55,190 nucleotides of DNA, filler included, from Sphacelaria rigidula (GCA_964200075.2; 4 parts of 4 records of this genome joined end to end with filler, not necessarily neighbours in it), one strand, 5' to 3'. Shown: positions 35,401 through 49,000, counted from the first letter of the whole stretch. Notes: generated by a model from the letters alone, not told the origin. Numbers and translations: made by a program.

Positions 35401-38400
35401 GACAGCGCAACCGCTTCCTTCATGACCAGCCAAACCTGGAGAGTTTTTCACTCATTTCCTCTGAATGAACATTAGGAGGCGGGTCAAAGAAGTGCCTTGT
35501 CCTCTGCCTGTCACCAGTATGCTGTTAGGCGACTCTGTGATGCACGTGCTAAACGTTCGCTGTTATCCTATCTGCGCGACAAACTTTGCAAATTCACGCT
35601 ATGTGATGCAAAACAATGAACATAACCCTTAAAGTTGTCACCGAAATCGCACTGTATGCTTGGGCCCACCATGTGAGGCGGAGAATGGGGGATCACCATA
35701 CGTCCATTGATTTGGCTTCAAGATAATATCAGCCATGTAAACTGCGGTTGACTGAAGTGATGAAGTGTCTGTTTTTCGACTCGGAGTAGGAATGTACACA
35801 GTTTAGAGAGAGTTACAGGAAGAGTTGACCACGATTAGAGAAGTCGAGCTGGCGTCGAAACTACGGAGGAGGTATCATCTAAGTTGTGCAGCTGCGTGGG
35901 GACGACCTCGCACTCCCATCGAAAGGGTCAGGAAGAGATCAGACCCCCTGGTGAGTATGCACATGCGTGCAGTCATTCCCGCAGCTGCAGGCCTTTTGAG
36001 GCGTTTAACGAACTCTTCAGTTGCTTTTTACTGCCTTTTAACGCTGCAAGCTATGGCCCGAAAAACGTTGACGCGAGGGGGGTCTGAGAGATGCGTCGCC
36101 AAAGTGAAAATATGCACAAGTGTTCCCAAATTCGGGTTTCGTGACCACGCCCTACCCTCGGTATGAAACTAGTTTTGAAACGATCAGCGAAGAGGCCTGG
36201 ACGCAGACAGATATAACACCGGGATTGTCGACAGGGGGGAAACGAGGTCGTGATGGTAGCCGCGTGACCGCTGCTGCTTGCCCTTCCTTTCGCGTCCTGG
36301 CAGAAGAATTATTGCCGCGAAAATTATGAGGAATGATACCAAAGGCGCCCTCAAGACCCTTTCAGAGATCGTCGAGGGAGTCGAACGCTACCCGGGTATC
36401 TGTCGATTTCTACCGGGGTGAGTACAGCGCATCTTCAATCGTATTTTCCACTAGAGTCTGGTGGATGCGAAGGAGGATCCCTGCAAGCCCCATTTTTTAA
36501 ACACATGAATTTCAGAGACTGAATGGGATGTACATTCCACGGTGTTTCCGTCGGCTTCATGGAATTGGGATAGCTGCTTCGTTTCATGATGGGATGATCA
36601 ACGATATAGAGACATGCGTTGGGTGTAGATATATGTTTGTGACTCGGATACCATACTCATTTTTGCATATATACCGTCCCTCCTTCGTTATTTTCTGTAA
36701 ACATCGGTTGTGAAGAACCCATTTGGTGCACCAGGCCATCTCGACGCTCGCTGCCGTGAAGCACAAAGAGCTGTACGACCGGGCAACGTCTGCTTACAAC
36801 CCTATGCGCCCCCCGGGTTGCGCCCCATTTCCCTCGCTGGAAAAGTGGAACGGTATGGAACCCTGCTGTGCCAACGTCTTCTGCAGGTAATGTACGCTTT
36901 CTTTTTGCTGGATGCGCGGAAGTACACATGTGTCGCATAAGTTTCAAATATGGTAAAGGTGTCGCGGGACTCGACAACAGTAGCTGCCGAGTCCCGTTGT
37001 TTGCGGCAGTGTTTCTCCCGATATATCGGGGGATATGGGATATCCAAAAAATGCAGAAACCGATTTTTCAGCCAATTATTCAGGAAATAGATCGAAATAC
37101 GATTCTGGATTCCTTCGCGAAGGTAGCGTCCGAACGTTTTAGAAAACTTTCGAAGAAACTTTAACTTTTTCATGGAAAAACAGAAAAGAAGGGGAAACAA
37201 GTTCCCTGTTTGAAAGTGTTACCGACGGGATATATATATATACATATACATACATGCAAGGTTCCTCTCCGGGAGGTTGGTACGGGCCTCCCGGGGGTGA
37301 CGCAAGTCGAATATATATGTTGTCATATGCATTTTGTCCTGCTTTCCATCATTATCTTGAAGAGGCTTTTGTGGTTATGGATCGACACCCCGCGAAAAAG
37401 GGCCAGTTCGAGCGACTTGTGGTGGCCAGAACACGTGCCGCAGGTATCAGATGACGCTCAAACCTGAACGGTAATGTACCGCTGAGCCTTCTGAGTGCGC
37501 TGCAAAAGGAGGCGTGGGAAAACGTGCCTTCCCGCCAGAGAAAACTGGGCAAAAGTGGTGAAAAATGTATGCACATGGTATACATTGCGCGTAAAAGCAG
37601 TGGCGGCGCTTGCACGACCGTGCCTCCTGAAGTGAGTACCTCTACAGGCGATACCAAGATAGGTACCGCGGAAAATGACATCATTCAGCGTGTGCCCAAT
37701 GCGGATCGATGCTTGTGTGTAGGGCCAGGGTAGGGCTGTTTCCGCACCCTTTTTTGAACGTTCTCCCAAAATGAAGTGGCGAGATCTTTTCGCCAAGCCT
37801 TCACGTTTGGCGAACGCCAAATATTTCGGACTGTAGCGCAATACTCCGCAGAGCTGCCCTCGGCGGACGCCGTGGCGCTTGCAGGCATGCGAGAATCATC
37901 AGGAACCTTGCTAATGACACCCTGGGCTATGTCGTAGAGTAAAAAGCACCGCGGGTTGGCGGTATCTATCTCCTTAGACGATGTGTGCCCCGGCAGCGGT
38001 GTTGTAGCAGTTGGGGCCAAGCACGGTGGTCGTCGTTTGCAGAGATGCGCACTTTCGAAGTGAAGAGCAGAAACAATCCACAGTACCTACCTACTTGTCT
38101 GCAGTGCTGCTACGAGTGTACGCTATCGCACCGTCTGAAAAGTGTATAGCTGGTGGTTTTTTATGATGTATCTGCGCATACAACTCACAGAAAGCGAGCA
38201 TGCTGTAATGTATGCACGGGGCTTTCTACAGTCGGTATTTTTACTGATGTGTGCTGCTGGAGCATCCCGAGAGAGCCGGTCGATCACGCCCTAGCCTGTC
38301 CGACTGTCCCCCCGTGTCACAGAGAGGCTGTGAAAAAGGGGTTTACCACAGTTATAAACGCCATACATGGGCAGGTAGCATAACCCTGTCTTTTATTTTG

Positions 38401-38804
38401 CCGGCGAAGGCAAACTAAACGACGAGATCAGCACCATCTGTAATGAGATCATTGATCAGATATCTAACAGCAACAATGTATCTAGATTATAACTAGCCCT
38501 AGGCGATTGCCGAAAATTTAGACCTCCTCCCATTTTTTTCTCTCTCGATAATGAAGGCCCTCATTTGCCGGGGCAAGAGCCACCCAGAAGATCATGATGT
38601 GGAAGTGAGCGCATCTGCGTGTCCACATATATGCATTCACCGACGTCTCACGCAGTCTGGGCCGAGTGGATTCCGTTTTTGAGGGCATGTCGATGACATT
38701 TGCCAAAATCCGTATTCGCTTCGTGCGTCTGGTGCACAACGTAAAACGTGCCGCCGATCCGTAAATGTGCTGTCTGTGTTGTGGTCTACCTCTGTGCCAA
38801 TTTT

Positions 38805-39912
38805 CAAGTGTAGGTCGAGTAGAGTATGTACTCTTGAGTACCCGAGTAAAATACTTAAGTGTTTACTCTACTCAAGGTTTGAGTAGGTCGAATACGGCCT
38901 CAAATACTCAACTCAAATATTGAGTAGGTCGGGTTCGGCCTCAAATGTTCTACTCAAGTATTGAGTAAGCACTCTCAGTAATACTCGAGTATAGAGTATC
39001 ACTTGAGTATGACCTCAATACTCTACTTCAATTTTGAGTAGGTTGAGTATGGTCTCAGATACTCTACTCAATTTTTGAGTAGGTCGGGTACGACCTCAAA
39101 TACTCTACTAAAATATTGAGTATGCACTCTCAGTAATAGTTGAGTATGGAGTACCCATTGGATATGGTGAGTACCCCTGACAGTCGGCGACTTGATGACG
39201 TCACTTCACAGACCATGTTGAATGCATGGGCGAACAATGGCCATCAACTAGATGGGCAGCGTGACATCACAGCCAACAAGAAGTATGGGCCAATGATGGC
39301 CATGAAGAACAAAAAGCGTGCAGGTAAACAAATCTAACTGCCCCAGCGCTCCATCTCACCAGCCCCCACACACGGCAGTTCATACTCGATACCTCGCAAC
39401 GCCTTCGATACCACTTTCAGTACAGAGCGCTACTCATCATCATCGAGTGATCGAATAGACGAGTAGTCGAGTAGGTGTTATCAAAATGAGCGACTCTACT
39501 GGCCACATAAGTATGTGACTCCTCCATGGGAGAGTCAGCGGTGGAAACAGTGCAAGACGGGGAAACAGCGCAACAGTCCCCAGGGGAAGAAATACGTTGA
39601 AGTTATAGGTTTTCGATACATCGGACCCGGCCTCAGATACTCTACTTAAAATTTTGAGTAGGTCGAGTACGGCCTCAAATACTCCACTCAAATTTTGAGT
39701 AGGTCGAGAATGGTCTCAAATACTCTCCCCAAATATTGAGTAAGCACTCTCAGTAAAACTTGAGTAAAGAGTATCCCTTGAGTATGACCTCAATACTCAA
39801 ATTTCGAGTAGGTTGAGTACGACCTCAAATACTCTACTCAAACTTCGAGTACTAAAAGTATGACTCTTCAAAAATACTGATTATTGAGTATACTCTACTC
39901 GACCTTCCCTTG
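38805..39912. mobile_element. hAT-like non-autonomous transposon with GAGTA-rich subterminal arrays
   Basis: TIRs CAAGTGTAGGTCGAGTAGAGTAT / CAAGGGAAGGTCGAGTAGAGTAT; units of about 41 nt (ttgagtaggtcgagtacggcctcaaatactctactcaaa) at both ends. The flanks ccaatttt/gatatttt match only partly. Confidence 0.72.
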
Positions 39913-41218
39913 GATATTTTGATTTTTTGTTTTCAGCCAGCTATCTGGGGTCGGTTAAGATGTAGAAAAAGTTTACGAACGGGATATTTCGCTTTTTTCG
40001 CCAGATATCTGGGGTCCCAGGGGGCGGTTGAGACCCCGGATATCTGGCCTAAACAAAAAAAGTGAAATATCACCGAGTACAGCCTTTCTAAATATCCCAA
40101 AGTACCCGTGTGTACAATGTCAGGGTCTGACTCGAAAAAATGGCGTAAGATTCGCCCGTATGTGCGTTGAAGTATACAAAAGTACACAGAATGCCCCCTA
40201 GTTACTTGATTATAGTGTGCTGCCGACGTTTTCCTTGTGCGCACGAGCTTGAATCGACCGTCTGGTATCATCTCTTCGAAAAATTGAAGCAATTTCTACC
40301 GACGGCTGGGGGCCTTCACGCTGAGACCCCCGGAAGCCGGTGGAGGGCGGATAACCTTTATATACCCTTCCGCGTATTTTTTCCATTCGTAGTATTCGTA
40401 TCTACAATACTACCGAGTTTGAGGATGATCGGAGCTTTTCTACGAGAATTACAGGAGAAAACGTCAAGAGACTTTCTAGGTCTTCGATGTAGATCATCAG
40501 TAGAAATCCGACGATTCCAAAACCCCATATCATTGAAATACCACGTTGGGGGGTATAACTCGATCCCACACAAACCGTTTCTAGCGTTTTCTTCTGTCTT
40601 AGATTCCCTAGCTGATGGCGGTAACAAAGGTTTGATTCGTGATGGGATTGAGTACAACTTAGGTCAGTAATTCGCATTGTTAATTTCAGAACAGTTTGAA
40701 GGTCCCTGATTGGCCGAGTTTTTTTTTCACTACCAGCGCCATGGCAAAGGACGCAAGAAAACATCTAGCCATGTCACACTGTTTGCTTGCTCGTAAGGGC
40801 ACGATGATACCAAATATGTTCATGTCGGGTCAGTTTTGCGTTCTCTATCCAGCCTGCAGACATGAGTGATTTGTTCTTTTCAAGTCAAAAGGCGTGCAGC
40901 AGCAGCAGCTGAAGCAGCAGCAGAAGCAGCAGCAGCAAGAGCGGTAGCATTTTATGATAGTATGAGGGGAGAGGGAACGTTATTTGTCCTTCGTGTATTA
41001 GTCTGCTGTGTGTGTTGACATGCCCGTAGATGCATGACCACATACGTGGTATATACTGTGTCGCCGTATTAGGGTGGTGGTGTGCGGTTTATGGTGGCTC
41101 ATGTACGAGCAGCCATGATGCACAGCATGTGCGCGGGAAACGGCCTTTACTGTCCAGACAGGCATTGTGTCTCCATCAAAAGTAACCATTCCGAACCTTC
41201 CCCCCCCCCCAATAGAGT

Positions 41219-41296
41219 TGCTCCGTCTCGAGAGGGATGCGTAGTCAATGGTCAAACGACTAAAGCAAGCAACAAGTAAGTACCCCCCCCCCCCCA
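41219..41296 (+). mobile_element. Family D copy between two poly(C) tracts
   Basis: A C-run at 41200-41210, then gctccgtctcgagagggatgcgtagtcaatggtcaaacgac...gta, then a C-run at 41283-41296. Confidence 0.72.
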
Positions 41297-41368
41297 CACC
41301 CGACCCCAGAACCCCCGAAGAAGGTGGGGCAGTGCGCCACAGTGGCCAGACAGAACAACAAGAGCAGC

Positions 41369-41468
41369 NNNNNNNNNNNNNNNNNNNNNNNNNNNNNNNN
41401 NNNNNNNNNNNNTTAATTAATTAANNNNNNNNNNNNNNNNNNNNNNNNNNNNNNNNNNNNNNNNNNNN
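41369..41468. other. Artificial contig-joining linker
   Basis: N44-TTAATTAATTAA-N44, identical to the other two linkers. Confidence 0.98.
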
Positions 41469-41541
41469 CTCGAAAGGGATGCGTGGTCAATGGTCAGACG
41501 ACTAAGGCAAGCAACACATGAGAACGCCCCCTCCCCCCCCC
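41469..41541 (+). mobile_element. Family D copy at contig start
   Basis: ctcgaaagggatgcgtggtcaatggtcagacgactaaggcaagcaacacatgagaacg followed by a C-tract. Confidence 0.72.
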
Positions 41542-43052
41542 TTTGTATCGATTTTTGTGCTCCTTCCTTGTCCGTTTCCGGACGTGTTCGGCGCGCGTGA
41601 CGACAGCACCCGCCAGCCTTTATTTCCAAGCACAATCAACGACCGTCCCACAAAGAGTAACGACAACTGTGCGCTTGTGGCGATCGAGATCCAAGCGGGC
41701 AGTTAGTCGGCCGCGGGTCCGAGCCATCATCATTGCTGTGGGCACCCAGCTGCCCATGTCGTGGACTCAAGGCTCTACGCTCAGCTCCATCTTGCTCCGC
41801 CCTCTCCTAGGCCCCTCTTCTCACAATCTCGTTTTGTATGACATATCCCACCTGTGCTTCAAGCCCATGGCCCTCTCTGATACGATTGGGCTACGTAAAT
41901 ACTGCACGTACCGTGCTGTCCAGATAGATATGTTGGTGTTTGTTGCTCCACTTTGCCGTCGTCAGTAAGTAGGGTCACAATAATGAGCACACAGCTCTGT
42001 TATGACACCACATATACACCGCATGTAGCGCAATGACTACGTTCAGTTGGAATTAAAGGAGTGTACCTCCACATGACAAGTGACGTAAAAGTCCCGTCAA
42101 GGCCAACTTAGACATATGTTAAGCCCATATGTGTCATATCCTATTTCAGTAGACGCCCGGGGGGGTCGGGGGATGGACGGAGGGAGTACTATATGCCCCC
42201 TATATTGTTGAGTGCCATACGCAAGATATTGAGTCCGCTTTTCTAGAGGAACCAGGGCACCGCGATACGGAACAGACTTTTATTATTATTATCATTATTA
42301 TTTCCGCACATTAGTCCGATCTCGCGAACCCGTGGTCACAGACGTAGGCTCGCCTTTNNNNNNNCCGTCCCTGCTATTCCTTACCAGACACATTACCAAA
42401 ATAAAGAAAAAATAAAGAAAATAAGAAGAGCGACGCCACGAAAACCGGAGAGAAGTAGCTCCCCGAGTTCAACGGAGAGAGGAAAAAAAAGAAAGACAAA
42501 ACAAACAAACAAACAACAAGACTAGCACCTGCTATTGTCACCATACACAACATCGTCAAAGCACGGTGAAGCAATAACGGAGGGTCCTTTTCGGAACACT
42601 TTCAACAACACGCACTGTACTCTTGTACGTCAACAGAGATTCCTTCGGTAGAGTTTTTACACAAATCAATCGCTAAACTCCGTAGTTCAATGAGCATTTC
42701 GTTTCAGTATAGGCTACCATTCCCTATTTGAGGGCTGACAGTCCTAAGTGCTCGCGGGTTTGCTCAAATTGACACCGAGGGCGTCGATTTGGGTTCTGCC
42801 GACGCACACTTCACTTAGGGCAACGAATTTTCATACCCCCCTTGCCCGAGGCCCGAGAGTTATCGGTATGTCTTGGGTTACCCTGGGGTCAGGGGTAGGG
42901 TTGGGATCAGGACTAGGGCTCCACAAGAAACAAGTTCAAGGATGTGCCAACCACGGAATTTGGCGACAAGTTCGCGTAAACGTACCTTGATTCCGTCGGA
43001 ACGGTACAGCCCAAAAACAGGCGGGTACGCATACAAAAGGCAAAAACTCTAA

Positions 43053-46000
43053 TTACTGCGGGAACGCGGAGTGGGCCACACTTTTCAACGTCATGTTCGG
43101 AGAGTCGACCACCACTAACCTGGAGCTATCCTCTTTCTTCAGGCTTACGCCACCGATCGAGCCGCCGATCGACGTCGTGCTGGTACTAATGCCTATTGCC
43201 TCCCCTCCGGCTTTGGTCCGTGGCGGCGACGCGGAATTCCTGGAGGATGACCTGGCGCGGCGCTGGAAGGGCTGCTCAGTTCCCGGTAGTTTAGCGCCCA
43301 TGTAACTTTGGACGATGAAGCCCAGCATGACGGGCATGACGAAGTAAAAAGTTAATCCCTGTAAATTGCGTGGTGGAGACGATTTGGTGATGGTATTTGA
43401 TAGCAACGACGCGCGCAACAGGAAAGAAAACAGAACATGGGACGTGTGCAATGAGGACCCAAGGTATCATGCTCCAGTGCGTGATATACTCCAGTGCGTC
43501 TCATAATCTAGTGTCTGTGTGCGTGTGCATGTTCGCGTTGATTGCATCTCGCCTACGCGTGTGTTGTGTGCTCATGATACACATGTCTTAGAACATGCGA
43601 AAGCGAAGGCGCGGCATCACAGACATGACCGCTGGGTCATTACTTTCCTGTGGAACGTGGGGAAGGAAATTAAGCCGCATTACAATGCTGCATGCATGCT
43701 ACTGCGCTAAGACTCACTATGGGTTCTTTTCCTCTCTTTTTTGGGGTGGGGGTGGGGAATGGCACTCTTTCAACCGCTCCCCTTCCTTGGGACGAGTCCG
43801 TGATCTCGAGGGATCAATCAGCCCATCTCTCCCCCGGTACACGCCTCCCTACATTTTGGTATCGTGGAATGGATCATGATCAGCACTTGCCGCACCGGGT
43901 CGATTCTGGTCAGATGAAGATTCTCACGCTGTCAAGCACGAAATATAACAGGCACCTTTTCCCCGGGAATTGCGACTCGTGCGTACTATAAATTATAGTC
44001 ATCATCCACTGATGCCACAGCGATATTTGGCTCAGTTAAATTTTACACGTACGGATGTCTCTCCAGTGATTTTTCCGCGGCCAAAAGGGTCGGAACAATT
44101 CATCTATGTACATTCTAGACTCACGGCGAATACCCCACACACACACCTCAACTCATCTTGTGCGAGATACCATGGAAATGAAGGGACCTTGGTAAGTCCG
44201 CTCGAAATATGAAAAAAACAATACTATGTTGGAGCACAGGTTGACGACTCCGCCATACACCGTAGTCATGTCATCACAGGTGATTCGGGGTGGTGCTCGC
44301 AAACAGAGAAAGGCTACTCAGCAATAGGATCAGGGTTACCGACGTTGGAGGTCAGCTTGTGATAACTATTCCGGAAGGCGACTTCGCGCTAGAAGGGGAA
44401 AACATATTATACACTAAAAGGGTAAAACAATATATATATATATATGAAAATGTTTTCAGGGTTCGACGACTATCTGTAGTCGTTTTGAAGAATAAAAAGT
44501 CGAGTTCAATAAATGAGCAAAGCTGTCATCATTGCAATAAAATCATTATTTTCATTGTTTATCCATTTATTGTTCGTTATCATTAATAACATAACTAGTG
44601 GTAAGCCACGGCTGATGCACGTGGCAGCAGCGCCGAGGTACCAACGCACGGATCTCGCACGGGTGGTGGTTTTGATCAACATTGCGAAAAAAAAACCCGA
44701 CCATGACGTGAACCACAATTTTCAAGTACACAGTATAGGCAATGAAAGGCTTCACGCCCCATAGCTAGCATGATAGTTAGGGGTGCTAAACGGGGGGGGG
44801 GGGGGGGGGGGGTGTTAGCCTCGGAGAAGTGTTCGGGCTGTTCGACGACATTTTACCGTAAATCGCCTATATTTATTCGTTTCTTTCGATACGCTTGATG
44901 TTAGGCTACATACTTGACATGGGGAAAATGTGTGTTGAAGTGACGCCCTCCCTATTCAGACGTCACATGCACCTCCACATCACTCACAAATTCCGGGGTT
45001 GAACCTTTTTTTCAAGTGTTTTTCAAGTTTACCCTCAAAATCTGCAGAGTAGGTCATTTTTCGATTGTTTCCGCTGAGCACGGGATGTGCCCTGGGAATA
45101 ACCCGGTAGGGGCAACCCGGTGGGGGCATTATAGGGTTCGAAGCACACAACGTATAAAATAACGAACACGCTCCGGCCTTGTGGCCGTGAAAGTAATATC
45201 AAGAGTAGTTCGGCTTCCAATTTGTTTTCCTCCATAAAGGATATTTCGGTCACTTATTTGTTGTTGTGTGCGATGGGCTTTGCCTTTCCACTGTATGATC
45301 TCTTGGCTTTTGCTGCTAGCGGTGATTCGAGTGTGTATGTGTGCATGTGAGCTGTTGCGTTGCGGATGCGCGTACCGTAGCGTGCGCTATCTGCCGGCTC
45401 TGTTGTGTGGGGTTGGATTAAAAAGTGATAATTGGTTGGATCGGCGGGTCTGCACTAATGTCCTGTGGAGCTGGTTCTACTCTACCGGCAGGTTCTGTTA
45501 TTGCTCTCTGTCCATCGGCGCAAATTGTTCGCCGGGGACATTGTGCGTTGCAAGACCTCATTTTGAAAAAAGCGCGTTCTGCGCAAGCTGGGAGCGCAGC
45601 CCCCAATAACCCTTAGACAGCGACCCCCCCGCAGGTGGACTGAGATGGACTATCTCACATTTGGGTTAAAAACAGTTTTTTTCTCGCTAAACGAAACCCC
45701 TGTTTCATGAAGATGTGGATGTTTGGCATTTATGTAAAAAAATAGTCACAGAGAACCCCTGACCGGTTTTGACCCTGCAGTCAATTGCGTACAGAGTCAG
45801 CATGTATGTGTGCTTGATATCATATATGGTTGAATTGTCAGTACAGCACCAAAACGAGAAATACGCAGCGGAGCCGGCCACCTGTAGTCCACCTGTAGGG
45901 GAACAAAGTGACCATTTTGATAGCCGGTCAGAAGGGCACAGAAAGGTGGCTCCGCTCCTCTCGCACTCTTCGTTCTTGACGTGTAATTTTCCTTGGGGAA

Positions 46001-49000
46001 CTTCCAGACACACGTGATTGACATGGTGAGCTTTTCGGCTGTCCCGCAAACAGGCCCACACCCCCTGTCAGAAACCACCTCCCCGCCCCCTGGAAACCTC
46101 GGATGTCCCTGGATTGTCAGCCTGTGAAACTGTTCTGAGGCGACTCTCGCTGTGTAAGGGTTAAAGTTCAGACAAAAACCAAGTCGGGAGAACTTCACCT
46201 CACCAAGTGGTGACCTCTACTGTAACGAAGAGCCACAAAACTGACTTGCTGGAAACAGCGATGAGTCTTTTCGTATACAAAAGGTAGTCTGAGACAGTTC
46301 TGGAAATCTGAACGGGCGTGACTGAAACACGTGACTGAACCACGTTGCGGCATCAAAACCCAACTCGATCAAACACGCACAGACTTCCAGGGCACAAGCG
46401 TAGCACGCCTGGCGCTAGCTACCGCTTTTCTCTACAGTGCGCTTCTTTCACGGCATTTCATGTGGTGTTGGATGAGGTGGTGTTGGATGAGGGTCGGCCG
46501 TGCTTGTGCAACAAAACTTGCTGAAAATGGAGTCGTTAACGGTTTCACGTGGGAGCAGTTTTTGTTCCCGAGGTAGTGGGTAAGAAAATACCAAGCGAAA
46601 CAAAGAAAAAACATGGAAACACACAACCGGTGTTTGCTCAACGCCATCCCTGACGGCAAAGAAAATCGCTCATCTTGGGACGGTGCAGAGCAAGTTGCGA
46701 GGAGTCGGTGCGGTGCAAATTATTGGTGAGTTGTTCCGTACTGGATTGACGGTCTGTGTTGTCAGCGTTTAGGGTTAAGGAAAAATGCAAGGGTCGGACA
46801 AATGATGATTCGTCTGAAAATTACTTGGTTTTAGTGTGATGAGTCGACTCGTGACGAATCAATCTTTAGGCTTTATTTGCCACCCAGGTACGCGCAGCCC
46901 AGACACGTGGAATGGCGCAAAAGTTGCGTGGATACCTCTTGGACCAGCGATCAACTTTTTCCTCCCTTTTGGGCAATCAGGCCGAAGAAATCGTGAATTT
47001 GGTGATTTTGAGTCGTGATGATTTGTCCTAACCGTGGAAAAATGTTCGTACTCTCCGGTATTTCATATACGACATCATCAAGTGGGTGGGACAGCCATTC
47101 ACAAATTGGATCTCTGGGGAGCTGTGAAATTAGGCATAGCGTGACAAGCCCTGCTACAAAATCCCGTGTGTCACTACCTTGGCAATGGAAGCTTGCAACT
47201 ACCCGTTTGCGTGGTAGGAAGGTGGACTAGGCCGTGATAATATGTCGGACATCGGTGTACAATGCATGCCTGCCCGGTCATGGAAGGTGTGTCAGTATAT
47301 GTCAAGGGCAGTAAAAGTGATACGTACCGTGGGATTACAGTTGTTGTGAGTGCTTTTCCAAATTTTAAAAACAAATCGTGTATGAAGGCAGTACCTGTGG
47401 GTCTGATATTATTCCGCATATGCAGATGTCTGGGCGAAACTTCAGTCTTGAATCTTTCAACAGCTGTCAAATAAAGTTACAGCTTGCAACTCTGTGGGCG
47501 CTGGCCGTCCGCAATCAAACGTGATTATTCTCTCTCGTGTGCGTGGGTCGTCGGCCATGTATCGTGCACTTGGTTAGACTCTGTCCGCCAACAGTACATG
47601 TCATAAGCAGAGAAGTGATATGCGCCGTGGTACTACAGTACTTGTGAGTGTTCTTCAATTTTTCAAAACAAATCGTGCATGCAATAAGTAACCGTGTAGG
47701 AAAGCAGTACCTGTGGGTGTGATACTGTTCCGCATATGCTCATGTCTGGGCGAAATTTAAGTCTTGACTCTTTCAGCCGCAGTCAAATAAAGTTACAGTT
47801 TGCAACTCTATGGGCGCTGGCCGTCCGCAATCAAACGTGATTATTCTCTCTCGTGTGTGTGGGTCGTTGGCCGTGTAACATGCACTTGGTCGGGCTGTAT
47901 CCGCTAACAGTATATGTCACGGGCAGAAAAGTGATATGTGCCGTGGGATTACAGTACTTGTGGGTGCTTCTCCAATTTTTCAAGACAAACCGTGCACACA
48001 AAAGAAAAAGTGAATGAAGGCAGTACTTGTGGGTGTGATATTGTTCCGCATATGCATATGTCTGGGCGAAATTCAAGTCTTGAATCTTTCAACAGCAATC
48101 AAATAGAAGTTTTCAAAAGAAATCGTGTACGGTATGCAAAAGAAATCGTGTGTGTGTTGTCATCCCACTTACTCTCGGTCTTCAACCGATAATATAAATA
48201 AACTCTAATACCGTGGTGTCTGTAATGTGTGTTTTGAACTGCAGGCACCATCAACGCGCTGTGTTGATACATGGGTCTTGCTAACATTCGAGATGGCAGT
48301 ACAATTGCGGAGCCACTTTGCCCATAGTATACCGTGCGACTAATTTCTTGAACTTGTGGGAAAAGACGGGGTACGGATTATCTTTCGACATGCTCGTGCG
48401 GGACAATTGAAAAGAGTGACAGTTTTCTCCCCTTGAGTCCGAGCGTCTGGTGTAAAAAACGGTTCCGAAGAGGATCATTTTTGACTTGGGTAAAGAATGC
48501 AAAAACCGGACACGACTGATTTGATTAAACTATGCCCCGGCGAGACATCACGTTAATAATAAATTGGAACGAATAATAATAATATACAAATAATGATGGT
48601 AATAATAATAATAACGATAATATCATCTTCAACGGGGAGCGAACACCCTTGAAAAATTAAAAAAAAAAGAACAAAACGATGCAGAACAAGAAAAAATGTC
48701 AACGGGAGTACTTCTCTTAAAAGATAAGCGAGATACGCCTCGAAAAGAGGACAAAGGCTGCGGCCGTATTTCCATGGGCATGCCGTACAGAACGTTTTTT
48801 AATCAGTGCTGCCTTGGAAAAACAGCCGATTAACCCCTTTACAGCCGCGCAGCCCTTTTCTCCATTTACACGGGAGCACTCGCACATGAAAGTCCAATCA
48901 AGACACAGAACATTCACATTGGCACGTACAGTCCCGATGGAAAATGACCACCAGTGTACTGCGTGCCCCAAAACGGATAACAAGAGAAAATTCTTTACAC

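Larger units (their letters stand above)
29732..37470 (+). pseudogene. Decayed gene resembling the brown-algal Zn(II)2Cys6 (fungal-type zinc cluster) transcription-factor-like family
   Basis: Exon-like blocks bounded by AG/GT: 30457-30637 (HMREAMINIM...ASTCMFWCASAIGGLAQGAAVDS), 32634-32679 (AWAMLAHVYGF), 34490-34791, 36304-36417 (GALKTLSEIVEGVERYPGICRF), 36716-36886 (LYDRATSAYNPMRPPGCAPFPSLEKWNGMEPCCANVFCR). A broken Cys cluster lies at 29785-30273. An in-frame TAG at 30861-30863 follows an acceptor. The family call rests on my recollection of Ectocarpus proteins, not on a search. Confidence 0.62.

Noticed and set aside
27647..38100. Endogenous giant-virus insert
   Set aside because: No long intronless ORFs or viral hallmark motifs; the coding signal resolves into spliced exons of one host-type pseudogene.
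38805..39912. Second CRISPR-like array
   Set aside because: Contiguous tandem units without spacers, bounded by TIRs.
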